Shown here piece by piece: positions 52,675 through 61,755 of a stretch of 64,000 nucleotides of DNA. The stretch lies in sequence record NC_019410.1; one strand, given 5' to 3'. How positions within the stretch are numbered: position 1 is the first letter of the stretch; every line of letters begins with the position of its first letter. A program made the translations under genes and the position numbers. The notes below the pieces were generated by a model. It had not been told where the DNA came from. It was given only the letters and a program-made list of their open reading frames with translations, and did no database searches.

Positions 52675-53087
52675 TGCGCGTCGAGGACGGAAAGGCCATC
52701 GTCGATGACGTCTGGGCGGTGGTCAAGGGCCACCTGCCCGGCGCCATCCATTTCGTGCGCCTCAATTGGGTCGGTCGCCTGCTGCACGGTGGCGACATGC
52801 TCCACTACTGGGGCATCCAACAGCCGACCCAGATTCCTGGCGTCGCCTATGTCTGGGACGACGAGACCAACGATGGCCCGCTCGGCGGCTGGATGGGTCC
52901 GGAGACCAAGATCATCGCCCGCTTCGCCGACCAGCGCCAGGGCCTGGACGTCCTGCGCGCGGCGATGGAGACCAAGGCGCGCTTCGACGCCCTGGTCCGC
53001 CAGGGCGAGGACTTGCTGCTCGCCCTCAAGGCCCAGCGTGACCAAGCCCTGTTCGCGGCCTTGACCCAGGGGGTTCCCGAGGCATGA
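52668..53087 (+). CDS. hypothetical protein
   Basis: Coupled overlap. Confidence 0.7.
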   Translation: MLMRVEDGKAIVDDVWAVVKGHLPGAIHFVRLNWVGRLLHGGDMLHYWGIQQPTQIPGVAYVWDDETNDGPLGGWMGPETKIIARFADQRQGLDVLRAAMETKARFDALVRQGEDLLLALKAQRDQALFAALTQGVPEA

Positions 53088-53494
53088 GCTTTGCGATCCG
53101 CTACTTTCCCGGCCCGCGCCTGGGCTATGGCAAGGTCGTCTCCCGTCACGGGCGTCACGTCCTCTTCCAGGCCTATGCTGGGAACGATCCCCAGCCGGGG
53201 ACCCTGCCCGAGGTCGTTCACTGGGACGACATCATCGAAGGTCGCTTTGCCTCGGTCGCCAAGGTCATCCTGGCGATCGACGAATCCATGCGCTGGTTCA
53301 AGGCCCTGGAAGCCGAGCGCGGCGCCGAGCAGTCCGCCGAGGTCCTCATGACGCATCTGCGGCGCTATGAGCGCGACGACTGCGAGGTTTGCCACGGCGC
53401 GCGCGGCGGGGTGCGGGGCAACGAGAACATCGTCGATGGCAAGGTGGTCTGTGACTACTGCACCATGGACATCCTCGACGCGAGGAAAAGCTGA
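53084..53494 (+). CDS. hypothetical protein with C-terminal Zn ribbon
   Basis: CEVC.GARGGVRGNEN.VDG.VVCDYC. Confidence 0.75.
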   Translation: MSFAIRYFPGPRLGYGKVVSRHGRHVLFQAYAGNDPQPGTLPEVVHWDDIIEGRFASVAKVILAIDESMRWFKALEAERGAEQSAEVLMTHLRRYERDDCEVCHGARGGVRGNENIVDGKVVCDYCTMDILDARKS

Positions 53495-53715
53495 TGGGGG
53501 CCTACGCCTACTGCCAGAACCCCGACTGCGGCGCGCCGCACGATCGCCCGTCGGCCCGTGAGGTCGTGGAGCGCGAGCGGCGCTGCTACGCCTGCGGGAA
53601 GGACGTCCCGGTCTATGACGATCTGGCCGACATCCTCGAACGGATGGAGGGCCGGATCGACGATCTGGAAGCCGAGGTCAAGGCCCTGAAGGGAGAGACC
53701 GATGGGCCTGCGTAA
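53494..53715 (+). CDS. Zn-ribbon protein
   Basis: CQNPDC...CYAC. Confidence 0.7.
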   Translation: MGAYAYCQNPDCGAPHDRPSAREVVERERRCYACGKDVPVYDDLADILERMEGRIDDLEAEVKALKGETDGPA

Positions 53716-54058
53716 AATCCCGCCGCGCTCCTCCTGGTGGATGGGCTATGCTCTCAGCACGGCGTTCAAGAAGCCCTCGCACGAGGAGCGGATCGCCCGG
53801 CTGCGCGCCGTTCAAGGGCATAGGCTCTCGGGCGCCCAGATGCGCGACCCACTCATGAAGAAGCTGGTGCGCGAGGGCCTCGTGCGCCTGCATCGCTCGT
53901 CGAACGCCGAGCATTACAAGAGCGCCCGAGGCGGCTTCATGAAGTCCACCGAGGCCTATCTGACGCCGGCCGGCGAAGCCTATCTGGCGGACCCGACGCC
54001 GCATCACGTCCCGAAGTCCGAGCGGACCGAGAAGACCAAGGGGGTGCGGGGCAAATGA
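53702..54058 (+). CDS. hypothetical protein (wHTH-like)
   Basis: LMKKLVREGLV...YLTPAG. Confidence 0.65.
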   Translation: MGLRKIPPRSSWWMGYALSTAFKKPSHEERIARLRAVQGHRLSGAQMRDPLMKKLVREGLVRLHRSSNAEHYKSARGGFMKSTEAYLTPAGEAYLADPTPHHVPKSERTEKTKGVRGK

Positions 54059-54453
54059 CCGCGACCCGCCAAGAGATCAAGGACGTCCTCGACCGCGTGG
54101 CGAACCTGCGCGAGCCTGACCGTGAGGTCGAGCTTGCCGTCTGGAACATCGTCAGCACCCAGGGGCGCTGGGCGTGGCACACCCATCATGAGACGATCCA
54201 CCAGATCGCCAGCGATGGGCGATATGGCTACGGCATCTGCTCGCTGGAGCGGCTGACCTCGTCGATCAACGACGTGTTGTCGTTCGCCCACTATGCCGAT
54301 CTCCATTCCCTCGAACTCCTGGAGAAGGGTCTGGCGCGGGTCAAGTTGCTTCCGCGTCATCTCTACGACCAGGACTACGACGTCCAATTCTTCTTTTGCC
54401 GCGACATGCTCATGGTGATCCTGGAGCATTGTCTTGAGAAAGCCAACGCATGA
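54055..54453 (+). CDS. hypothetical protein
   Basis: Coupled overlap. Confidence 0.7.
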   Translation: MTATRQEIKDVLDRVANLREPDREVELAVWNIVSTQGRWAWHTHHETIHQIASDGRYGYGICSLERLTSSINDVLSFAHYADLHSLELLEKGLARVKLLPRHLYDQDYDVQFFFCRDMLMVILEHCLEKANA

Positions 54454-54839
54454 GCTTCGTCTATCTTGCGATCCCCTACACCTCCCAACTGGAGGACGAG
54501 GCCGAAGCCAAGGCCGAGCGCGACGCCCGAATGGTCGAATTCTGGAAGGCCGCCGCCTTTCTGATCGACCGGGGCGATCACGTCGTCTCGCCCATGACCC
54601 TGGAGCCGGCCCTGGTCGCCGTGCCCGACATGCCCTACCGCTGGGAGCACTGGAAGGAATACTCGATCAAGATGATCGGGATTTCGTCGAAGCTGGTGGT
54701 CCTGCAACTGCCCGGCTGGTCGACCAGCCGGGGCGTCATCGGCGAGATGCACGCGGCGGGCGAAGCCGGCATCGAGATCGAGTTCCTGACCCTTCAGACG
54801 GTCGCGACGTGGTTGAGCACCAGGGAGATTGAAGCGTGA
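54450..54839 (+). CDS. DUF1937 / nucleoside 2-deoxyribosyltransferase-like protein
   Basis: VYLAIPYTS, VVSP, W..W, LVVLQLPGWSTSRGV..E. Confidence 0.75.
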   Translation: MSFVYLAIPYTSQLEDEAEAKAERDARMVEFWKAAAFLIDRGDHVVSPMTLEPALVAVPDMPYRWEHWKEYSIKMIGISSKLVVLQLPGWSTSRGVIGEMHAAGEAGIEIEFLTLQTVATWLSTREIEA

Positions 54840-55291
54840 TCCAGTTCCTCAAGGACATCACGGGCGTCACCGCGCGCGCCGAAGCCCTGGAGCGCGCAAA
54901 AGCCAAGGCCCTGCATGCCAATCAGTTGGCCCAGGCGCGCAAGGTCGGGGAATTTCAGGTGGTGCAGGAAGACCGCAAACTCTTCCACTATCAACTGTTT
55001 CTCACCCCCTCCACGCTCGACGGGTCTTGGTTTTACCTGGGGAGCTACGGCCACATCTGTAGCCGGGTCAACGCCCACTCCTTCTCGTCTCTGGAAGAGG
55101 CCAAGGTGGCGGGTGCGGCGGCGGGCGCTCAATGCCGCGAGCGCATCGCCGGCGAGATGGAGCGCCAGCAGCAGTTCCGCAATATCTACGCCCCGCCGGA
55201 GTTCCTGGCCAAATCCGTCAACGCCTTCAAGTCGAGTGAGGACCTGCTGATCGAGGTCGCGCGGACGGTGTCCCAGAGGTACCAGCGATGA
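54836..55291 (+). CDS. hypothetical protein
   Basis: Coupled overlap. Confidence 0.65.
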   Translation: MIQFLKDITGVTARAEALERAKAKALHANQLAQARKVGEFQVVQEDRKLFHYQLFLTPSTLDGSWFYLGSYGHICSRVNAHSFSSLEEAKVAGAAAGAQCRERIAGEMERQQQFRNIYAPPEFLAKSVNAFKSSEDLLIEVARTVSQRYQR

Positions 55292-55554
55292 GCGCGGTCG
55301 CTCTGAAGTTCGACACGCTCGCCGACGCCGAGATGGCGGTCGCCCAGGCGCTCTATGAGCACTGGGTGCGGAGCGAGCGCGCCCGTCATGTCACCTGGAA
55401 CATCCCCGGCTGGGTCGAGCCGCCCGCCTGGGCGGACATGAACTGGACCGAGCGCACGCACTGGCTGGTCGAGGCCGGCCTCGTCGTCGACTGCCTGCTC
55501 GAATTCGTCAAGAACAACCCCGGCGCCTATGGAGAGAGCCATGAACCGTCGTGA
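55288..55554 (+). CDS. hypothetical protein
   Basis: Coupled overlap. Confidence 0.7.
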   Translation: MSAVALKFDTLADAEMAVAQALYEHWVRSERARHVTWNIPGWVEPPAWADMNWTERTHWLVEAGLVVDCLLEFVKNNPGAYGESHEPS

Positions 55555-56161
55555 ACTGATCCTGGGCGCCGGCGCGGTCGTCGCGGCCTCGGCCCTGCCG
55601 AGCGTGGTCGAGGCCGCGCGCATCGAGCCCATTCGACGCTTGCTCCTGGAAAGCGGCTTCGTCCAGCACGAGACCTTCGCCACCTCTTGGATGGCGATCT
55701 GGACGGAAGACTCCCACGCCTCGCGGCATGCCGAGGTCGTCCGGGCCTGGATCGACGAGACGGTCCAGAGCGGCTATCTCAAGTGTGGCGGCGAGACCTA
55801 CATCCTCGATAAGCACGTGCGGCTTCCGCAGGTGGACTTCACGATCTCCCCGGCCGACAAGGTCTGGTCGCACTGGTCGGGCTGGGTCGAGGAGGCAGGG
55901 CTGAAGGTCGTCGTGCGCGTGCTCGCGTCCGATCCCCAGGTCGATGCGACCTTCGATCCGGTCTATCTGATGAAGACCCGCTGGCAGACCGACGGGACCC
56001 AGGCTCCGGAGGAGACTCGCTACCTCGTCCGCCGGCCGCTCCTGCGTTACCACGAGGAACGCGAGCTTCGCTACGCCCTCGGGGACACCGCCGGCTACTC
56101 GCCGAACTCGTTGGTCGAGTTCGACAATGGCTGGCTTCTCGACATGGCGAAAAGCGCATGA
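55541..56161 (+). CDS. protein with twin-arginine-like signal peptide
   Basis: MNRRELILGAGAVVAASALPSVVEAA. Confidence 0.7.
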   Translation: MNRRELILGAGAVVAASALPSVVEAARIEPIRRLLLESGFVQHETFATSWMAIWTEDSHASRHAEVVRAWIDETVQSGYLKCGGETYILDKHVRLPQVDFTISPADKVWSHWSGWVEEAGLKVVVRVLASDPQVDATFDPVYLMKTRWQTDGTQAPEETRYLVRRPLLRYHEERELRYALGDTAGYSPNSLVEFDNGWLLDMAKSA

Positions 56162-56661
56162 TCCGCTCGACCGGAGAAGCGCCCGAGACCCGCGCCGGCC
56201 GTCTTGCCGAGGGCTATGCCGCGCAGAAAGCCGCGATCAAGAAGCTGCTGGACAGTCCGCCCGAGGTGGTGAACGCCCATTGGCAGCGCCTGAGCGCGAT
56301 GATCTGGGCGCACTGTGATCTGCGAGTCCTCGGGGAGTGGCAGGAACGGCCGGTCCGGGGCTGGATCGCCGAGCACATCAACGCCCCGTTCGACATCTGC
56401 CTTTCCCAGGACGGGAACGGCCGCACGATCAGCGATACTGATCTGGCGATCTCGATGATCTCCAATCTGCTCCCGACGGCCTCGATCGAAATTCGAAAGT
56501 GGCCTCCCGGCGGAATCCAAATGCCCTGGGAGTTGAAGCTGGACACGCGCTTCAGCGCCGGCCGCCACCAGGGCCTTCTCTGGGGTTTCGGCCACAACAT
56601 CGCCCAGGCCGCTTGGCGCGCCTATTTCAGCTACGTCAACAAGGAGCCCACCGATGTCTGA
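56158..56661 (+). CDS. hypothetical protein
   Basis: Coupled overlap. Confidence 0.7.
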   Translation: MIRSTGEAPETRAGRLAEGYAAQKAAIKKLLDSPPEVVNAHWQRLSAMIWAHCDLRVLGEWQERPVRGWIAEHINAPFDICLSQDGNGRTISDTDLAISMISNLLPTASIEIRKWPPGGIQMPWELKLDTRFSAGRHQGLLWGFGHNIAQAAWRAYFSYVNKEPTDV

Positions 56662-56872
56662 CGTCTTCGATGAGGTCGAGCGCCGCCTGAACCGCCGGCG
56701 TCCCGGCTTCTGGATTCACAAGGTCGCCATCGCGATCATCGTGGTGATCGCCCTGTTGGTCGTCGCCGGCGCCGCCGTCCAGGTCTTCAACCCGACCCTG
56801 GCCGTCCAGTGGCAGGCCAAGCAGGACGCGGCCTATGACCGCGCCTACGAAGAAGCCCGGCGGGCCGAGTGA
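56654..56872 (+). CDS. small membrane protein
   Basis: Single TM segment. Confidence 0.7.
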   Translation: MSDVFDEVERRLNRRRPGFWIHKVAIAIIVVIALLVVAGAAVQVFNPTLAVQWQAKQDAAYDRAYEEARRAE

Positions 56873-57363
56873 TGGCGATCTTCGCGCCCGAATACACCTG
56901 GGAGGCGATCGGCACCGATGTCGCCGTTGGCCTGACCGAGGCGGTGATCCGGGGCGAGGCCGCACCGGTCTGCGTCGGCTCCTCGCTGCACGCCATGGAA
57001 TTCCACGTCATCTGGCGCGGCGATCTCTACCGGGCCTTCACCGGCATGGGGAGCGATCCCGACTGGACCTGCGCCGAGAAGGGCGTGCGGGTCCCCCATC
57101 CGCTGGACGGCAAGAAGATCGACGAGATCGAGAAGGACCGGCATCGCGACGAGGAACGCTACCGCCGCGAGATCGAGACCATGCCCGGCCGGCACCTCTA
57201 CATCTGCCGCAAGACCGATGACCTCCAGGACATCCTCGCCCGCATCCCGATGGACCTGCGGATGCGCCACGAGATGTCGAACATGATCACCCTCCTGGCC
57301 CGGATGATGCTGGTCCAGAACTCCACCCGCACGCTTTCCCGCTCCAAACTCGACCGGTTCTGA
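56869..57363 (+). CDS. hypothetical protein
   Basis: Coupled overlap. Confidence 0.7.
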   Translation: MMAIFAPEYTWEAIGTDVAVGLTEAVIRGEAAPVCVGSSLHAMEFHVIWRGDLYRAFTGMGSDPDWTCAEKGVRVPHPLDGKKIDEIEKDRHRDEERYRREIETMPGRHLYICRKTDDLQDILARIPMDLRMRHEMSNMITLLARMMLVQNSTRTLSRSKLDRF

Positions 57364-57364
57364 C

Positions 57365-57886
57365 ATGACCACCCAACGCCTCGATTTCTCCAGCGACGTC
57401 AACTGGCCCCCGAAGGTCGACTTCGATCTCAAGAAGCTGCGCTACGACGTGGCGGTCGAAATCCTGGAGACCCTGTGGCCCAAGCATCGCCACGACAAGC
57501 GCCACGACCTGTCGCTGCTGGGCTCGCTCTGCAAGGTCAAGTTCGGCGCGGCGGGCTTCAAGGCCGACGACATCAAGGAGCAGACCCTGGCGGTCATGCG
57601 CACGCTCGAAGCGGCCAACTTCGTGCGCAACGACGGCGGCGACTGGCACCTGACGGCGACCGGGGCGATCTGGGTCCTGGTGGCCCGGACCGCGCCCTCG
57701 GGCTGGGCGACCGAGAGCGCCCTGCTCCATCACATCGAACTGGCGACCTTCCCCGCCGCCGAGATCGCCTGGGCGATCGAGTCCTGCCCCTATTTCCACG
57801 TCCGCAAGGGAAGCCTGTTCGACGACAAGGTCTTCGACCTCCAGGCCTACCAGCAGCCGCTCGACGGGTGGAACGGATGGCGCTGA
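57365..57886 (+). CDS. hypothetical protein (wHTH-like)
   Basis: MRTLEAANFV...WHLTATG. Confidence 0.7.
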   Translation: MTTQRLDFSSDVNWPPKVDFDLKKLRYDVAVEILETLWPKHRHDKRHDLSLLGSLCKVKFGAAGFKADDIKEQTLAVMRTLEAANFVRNDGGDWHLTATGAIWVLVARTAPSGWATESALLHHIELATFPAAEIAWAIESCPYFHVRKGSLFDDKVFDLQAYQQPLDGWNGWR

Positions 57887-58413
57887 CCCCCGAGGCCTGG
57901 GACAGCCTGATCCTCGACCTGCGGACCGCCGCCGAGGACAAGGACCGCGAGGCCTGGGACGACGCGATCCAGGCCCTGGAAAGCGCCTTCGACGAGCATG
58001 TCGAGGGACCGCTGGAGAGCCATCCCAACACCCTGGCCTGGAAGAAGAGCCTCGACGAGAAGACGCGGTTCCTGGCCGGCTGGCGCCACTGGGGCGGCGG
58101 GGCGCGTGACGTCCCCGACGCCTATCGGGGCGATCCGCACTTCAACCGGGGCCGGTCCGGCGCGGCGATCGCCCAGGACATGAGCGCGGTGAAGGACCTT
58201 GACGCGTGCTTCCACCCGGTCAAGCATCGGATCGCCGGCGGGGATAATCAGGTCCTGCCGCGCCACCCCGCCGTCTACGGCTCCTACGCGGTCGAAATCT
58301 GCCGCCTCTGCCGGGGGTGGACCCTGGTTCAGCACGGGACGCCCCGATGGCGTCCTGGCCCGTACTATGACGCCTACGAGAAGGCGATGCGCGAGGAAGA
58401 GGAGCGCTGCTGA
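57877..58413 (+). CDS. hypothetical protein
   Basis: ATG 57877; YGSYAVEIC.LC.GW. Confidence 0.75.
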   Translation: MALTPEAWDSLILDLRTAAEDKDREAWDDAIQALESAFDEHVEGPLESHPNTLAWKKSLDEKTRFLAGWRHWGGGARDVPDAYRGDPHFNRGRSGAAIAQDMSAVKDLDACFHPVKHRIAGGDNQVLPRHPAVYGSYAVEICRLCRGWTLVQHGTPRWRPGPYYDAYEKAMREEEERC

Positions 58414-59108
58414 TGCTCTACGTGTTCGGGGACATCCACGGCCGCCTCGACCTCCTGGAGAAGGCGCGGCACGAAATCCGTGTACGCGGCGACTGCACGC
58501 AGATGATCTTCCTCGGGGACTATGTCGATCGCGGTCCCGAGAGCAAGGGCGTCGTCGAGGCCGTGATGGCGCTCCAGGCGCAGGGCGAGATCGCCCTGAT
58601 GGGCAACCATGAGGAACTGATGCTGACCGCCTGCCAGATCAAGTCCTACAACGCCATGTCCAAGCTCTGGGTGTCGAACGGTGGCAAGCAGACCCTGAAG
58701 TCCTACGGCGCCGGCGACAATGCCTGGAACGCCAAATGGGACCTGATCCCCCAGGAGCACGTCGACTGGCTGGCGCGGCTCAAGCCGATCCACGAGACGC
58801 CGGGGCGGGTGTTCGTCCACGCGGGCCTCGCGCCGGGGGTGGCGATCAAGATGCAGGAGGAGGAACATCTTCTCTGGATCAGGGACAAGTTCCTCAACGC
58901 CTCGGCCGACCAGTTCGAAAAGCACGTCGTCCACGGCCACACCCACACCCATGCGCGCAAGAAGATCGAAGAGCCCGAGCTTCTCGCGCATCGGACCAAC
59001 CTCGACACCGGGGCCTTCTACACGGGCGTCCTGGCCGTCGGGGTGTTCGACCCCGACGGCTACGGCGGACCCGAGGAGGTGCTGTTGATCCGCGAGGACG
59101 ACGCATGA
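58413..59108 (+). CDS. metallophosphoesterase (Ser/Thr phosphatase-like)
   Basis: GDIHG, FLGDYVDRGPES, GNHE, FVHAG, VVHGHT, NLDTGA. Confidence 0.92.
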   Translation: MLYVFGDIHGRLDLLEKARHEIRVRGDCTQMIFLGDYVDRGPESKGVVEAVMALQAQGEIALMGNHEELMLTACQIKSYNAMSKLWVSNGGKQTLKSYGAGDNAWNAKWDLIPQEHVDWLARLKPIHETPGRVFVHAGLAPGVAIKMQEEEHLLWIRDKFLNASADQFEKHVVHGHTHTHARKKIEEPELLAHRTNLDTGAFYTGVLAVGVFDPDGYGGPEEVLLIREDDA

Positions 59109-59689
59109 TCCCCGACTTCGTCCAGAAGGCGCGCAAGCTCCTGGGCCTCTATGGCGACAAGCCCAAGATCAAGCCGGTCGATCCCGCCGCGCCGCTGGGC
59201 GGGGCGAGCGTCGGTCAGGTCTTCGTTTCGCCGGTTCCCCAGGTCCCTTCCGGGAGCAGCCACGGCGCCTTGGGTGGCCCTGGCGGCGGATCGATCCACA
59301 CCGGCTCGGGGCACGGCGTCATCATGATGGGGGCGGGCGGCGGCGGCTCGGCCCAAATCCTGGTCTATAACGGCGCGACGACGACATGGGCGCCCATGCC
59401 CGAGGCCGTGGTCAAGACGGTCGAGAAGCCCAAGACGCGGCCGGGCCTGACGGCGGGAGAGGACGAGGTCATCACGACCATGGTTCACTATGGCGATATC
59501 GAACTGGTCCTGGAGCGCGACCGCAGGTTCGCCTTCGTCCGTTTCGGCCTGGAGCTTGCCTATCCCCGCGTCTCGGGCCGGATGCTCAAGTCCTTGATCA
59601 AGAAGGGCTATCTGAAGGCTATCGAGCATGACGAGATGGGCGGGCCGCAGGTGGCGGTGGTCGTGGCGGGCAAGGTCGCGGTCTGCTGA
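59105..59689 (+). CDS. hypothetical protein (Gly-rich linker)
   Basis: ATG 59105 overlapping upstream TGA. Confidence 0.7.
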   Translation: MIPDFVQKARKLLGLYGDKPKIKPVDPAAPLGGASVGQVFVSPVPQVPSGSSHGALGGPGGGSIHTGSGHGVIMMGAGGGGSAQILVYNGATTTWAPMPEAVVKTVEKPKTRPGLTAGEDEVITTMVHYGDIELVLERDRRFAFVRFGLELAYPRVSGRMLKSLIKKGYLKAIEHDEMGGPQVAVVVAGKVAVC

Positions 59690-59696
59690 ATTTTGT

Positions 59697-59755
59697 TGGC
59701 GTTAGAACGTTGACAGCCTCGGCGTGATGTCATAAAAGCCTCCTCGACGACAACG
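59697..59755 (+). promoter_or_regulatory. repeated promoter-leader element
   Basis: TGGC-N9-TTGACA-N17-TAAAAG-..-CGACGACAACG-AGGAGG. Confidence 0.88.
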
Positions 59756-59766
59756 AGGAGGGCCAC

Positions 59767-60186
59767 ATGGCTTACGCAATTCCGGACCTGAGCACGTTCA
59801 CGTTCCACGATCCCAAGGTCGAACGGTTCGCCAAGGCGATGATCTCGACGATCGAGACCGCCCAGACCATCCTCACGGCCTTCGCCAACGATCTCGCCGA
59901 CAATCCTCTTCAGGCGTTCGAGCATAGCTACGGCGCCAAGATGGCCGCCGCCCACAGGGACGTCGCCAAGGGGCTGCTCAACGAAGTCCTCGACGCGCTG
60001 CTGCACGGTCAGGACAAGACCTGGGCCTACATCGGCCAGGACCTGCGCGAGCGGCTGATGTATCGCGTGATCTACGCGGCCTCGAACCCGCCGCGCTCGA
60101 CCAACGTCGAAGGCAACGACATGGCCCGCTTCGTCCTGCGCGCCGAGGCCGACATGCTCGACCGCATGACCAAGAGCCGCTTCTGA
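59767..60186 (+). CDS. hypothetical protein
   Basis: First gene after promoter. Confidence 0.8.
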   Translation: MAYAIPDLSTFTFHDPKVERFAKAMISTIETAQTILTAFANDLADNPLQAFEHSYGAKMAAAHRDVAKGLLNEVLDALLHGQDKTWAYIGQDLRERLMYRVIYAASNPPRSTNVEGNDMARFVLRAEADMLDRMTKSRF

Positions 60187-60500
60187 TGCGGATCGTCGAC
60201 TTCGCGACGTTCGTGACGCTTCCGGCTGGGACCCTCTACCAGGAGATCGACCAGTACGGGAGCCCCATCAGCGCCCTGGCGATCCGCCACGACGTGCTGT
60301 TCGACGGCGATCGCCCGTTCGACTTCATCTACGAGGAAATCCTCTACCAGACGGCCGACGGCTTCCTGGGCGACCCGCCGAAGCTGGCCGAGTTGGGGAC
60401 CAAGCGCTGGGGGCTCTTCGATGACGAGACCCTGTTCATCGTCTACGAGACGCAGGACCGCGCCCGGCTGGCCAAGATCATCCTGGGAGACGCCGCATGA
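60186..60500 (+). CDS. hypothetical protein
   Basis: Coupled overlap. Confidence 0.7.
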   Translation: MRIVDFATFVTLPAGTLYQEIDQYGSPISALAIRHDVLFDGDRPFDFIYEEILYQTADGFLGDPPKLAELGTKRWGLFDDETLFIVYETQDRARLAKIILGDAA

Positions 60501-60880
60501 AGTCGCTCGACGAACGCATCCGCGACGCGATCGACACCCCGCGCCCGGCCTGGATCGAGCGCGTTGGGAGCCGCTATCAGGTGATCACCAAGGGCGTGCT
60601 GTTCCCGAATACGCGCAACCCGGTCGGCAAGACCTGGGCGCTGCGCTCTGGCGCCCTGACCTACATCCGCCAGCAGTATCTCACCCTGCTGGAGGGCGAC
60701 TGCCCGCTGCCGGCCGCGACCCAGGAGCAGCGCGACGCCTACCAGAACGAAGGGCGCGAGCGCCGCGCCGTCGTCGAGCAGTTGGCGACGGAACTGGATC
60801 GGCCCTACACGGACGTCTGGCGCGTGGTCCGCGACCTGGAAGCCCAGGGCCTGCTCCGCTTCGAGGAGGCCCGCCCATGA
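60497..60880 (+). CDS. hypothetical protein
   Basis: Coupled overlap. Confidence 0.7.
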   Translation: MKSLDERIRDAIDTPRPAWIERVGSRYQVITKGVLFPNTRNPVGKTWALRSGALTYIRQQYLTLLEGDCPLPAATQEQRDAYQNEGRERRAVVEQLATELDRPYTDVWRVVRDLEAQGLLRFEEARP

Positions 60881-61098
60881 CGCCGCAGACCCAGAGGACC
60901 TTCATCCTGTCCGGCGTGGGCTTCTTCCTCGGCTTCCTGCTGGTGTTTGGCCTCATGAGCGCCACGCAGGCCTCCTACAACCGAGGCTATCGAGACGCCA
61001 AGGCCGACACGCGCCGGGACGAGCCGGCATGCTTCGTCACCGAGCGCTGCTACCTGGGCCAGGACGCCGACGGGCGGTGGTTCATCGAGCCGAAATAG
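60877..61098 (+). CDS. small membrane protein
   Basis: N-terminal TM segment. Confidence 0.7.
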   Translation: MTPQTQRTFILSGVGFFLGFLLVFGLMSATQASYNRGYRDAKADTRRDEPACFVTERCYLGQDADGRWFIEPK

Positions 61099-61099
61099 T

Positions 61100-61158
61100 T
61101 GGCGTTCAAGTGTTGCCAAAGCTGATCTGATCAGCTAGAACCCTCGCCGACGACAACG
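61100..61158 (+). promoter_or_regulatory. repeated promoter-leader element
   Basis: TGGC-N9-TTGCCA-N17-TAGAAC-..-CGACGACAACG-AGGAGG. Confidence 0.85.
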
Positions 61159-61168
61159 AGGAGGCCCC

Positions 61169-61363
61169 ATGCCGCACCTGAGCAAGACGCCGTTCGACTT
61201 CGACTTCACCAGTGACGCTTTGGCGGCAACGCTGGAATTCGAGCGCAACACGACCGAGTTCTACCGCTACGAGACAGTCTTCACATCCGGTCGTGCGGCA
61301 ACTCACGTTCTCGTCATGGAAGAAGACGGGAATTTCGTCGGCTTCGTCTCGGGTGAAGCCTGA
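61169..61363 (+). CDS. hypothetical protein
   Basis: First gene after promoter. Confidence 0.7.
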   Translation: MPHLSKTPFDFDFTSDALAATLEFERNTTEFYRYETVFTSGRAATHVLVMEEDGNFVGFVSGEA

Positions 61364-61755
61364 TGCAGCACCTCGACCCCCGCATCGGCTACCTGAACTC
61401 GGGCGTCTACTACGCCTTCGTCCACGGCTACGACAAGCCCGAGACGCGCGGCACGCTCGAAGAGGTCGAGATCGCCCTGGGCCTGCGCAAGCCGGCGATC
61501 GCGAAGGCGCCGGCGTTCGAAGAGACCCGCACCCGCTCGGGCGGCTGGAAGCGCACCTTCGGCTCGATCAACGGCAAGCCCCTGACCCTGACGATCAGCG
61601 AGGCCGACAGCGTCTGCGCCGACGTCGAGTGCGGTCGGTTCGGCTGCTCACTGTCGCTGCTCTGCGACTTCGGGACGGTCGAGGAAGACGGCCCGCACGT
61701 GCGCCAGTCCACCATCGACCAGATGGTCGAGTGGGCGCTGACCAAGGGCTGGTAG
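61363..61755 (+). CDS. hypothetical protein
   Basis: Coupled overlap. Confidence 0.7.
   Translation: MQHLDPRIGYLNSGVYYAFVHGYDKPETRGTLEEVEIALGLRKPAIAKAPAFEETRTRSGGWKRTFGSINGKPLTLTISEADSVCADVECGRFGCSLSLLCDFGTVEEDGPHVRQSTIDQMVEWALTKGW

Noticed and set aside
10046-61158. GACGACAAC/GTTGTCGTC repeats as a CRISPR array
   Set aside because: Copies are kilobases apart, short, always tied to promoter and SD; no regular spacers or cas genes
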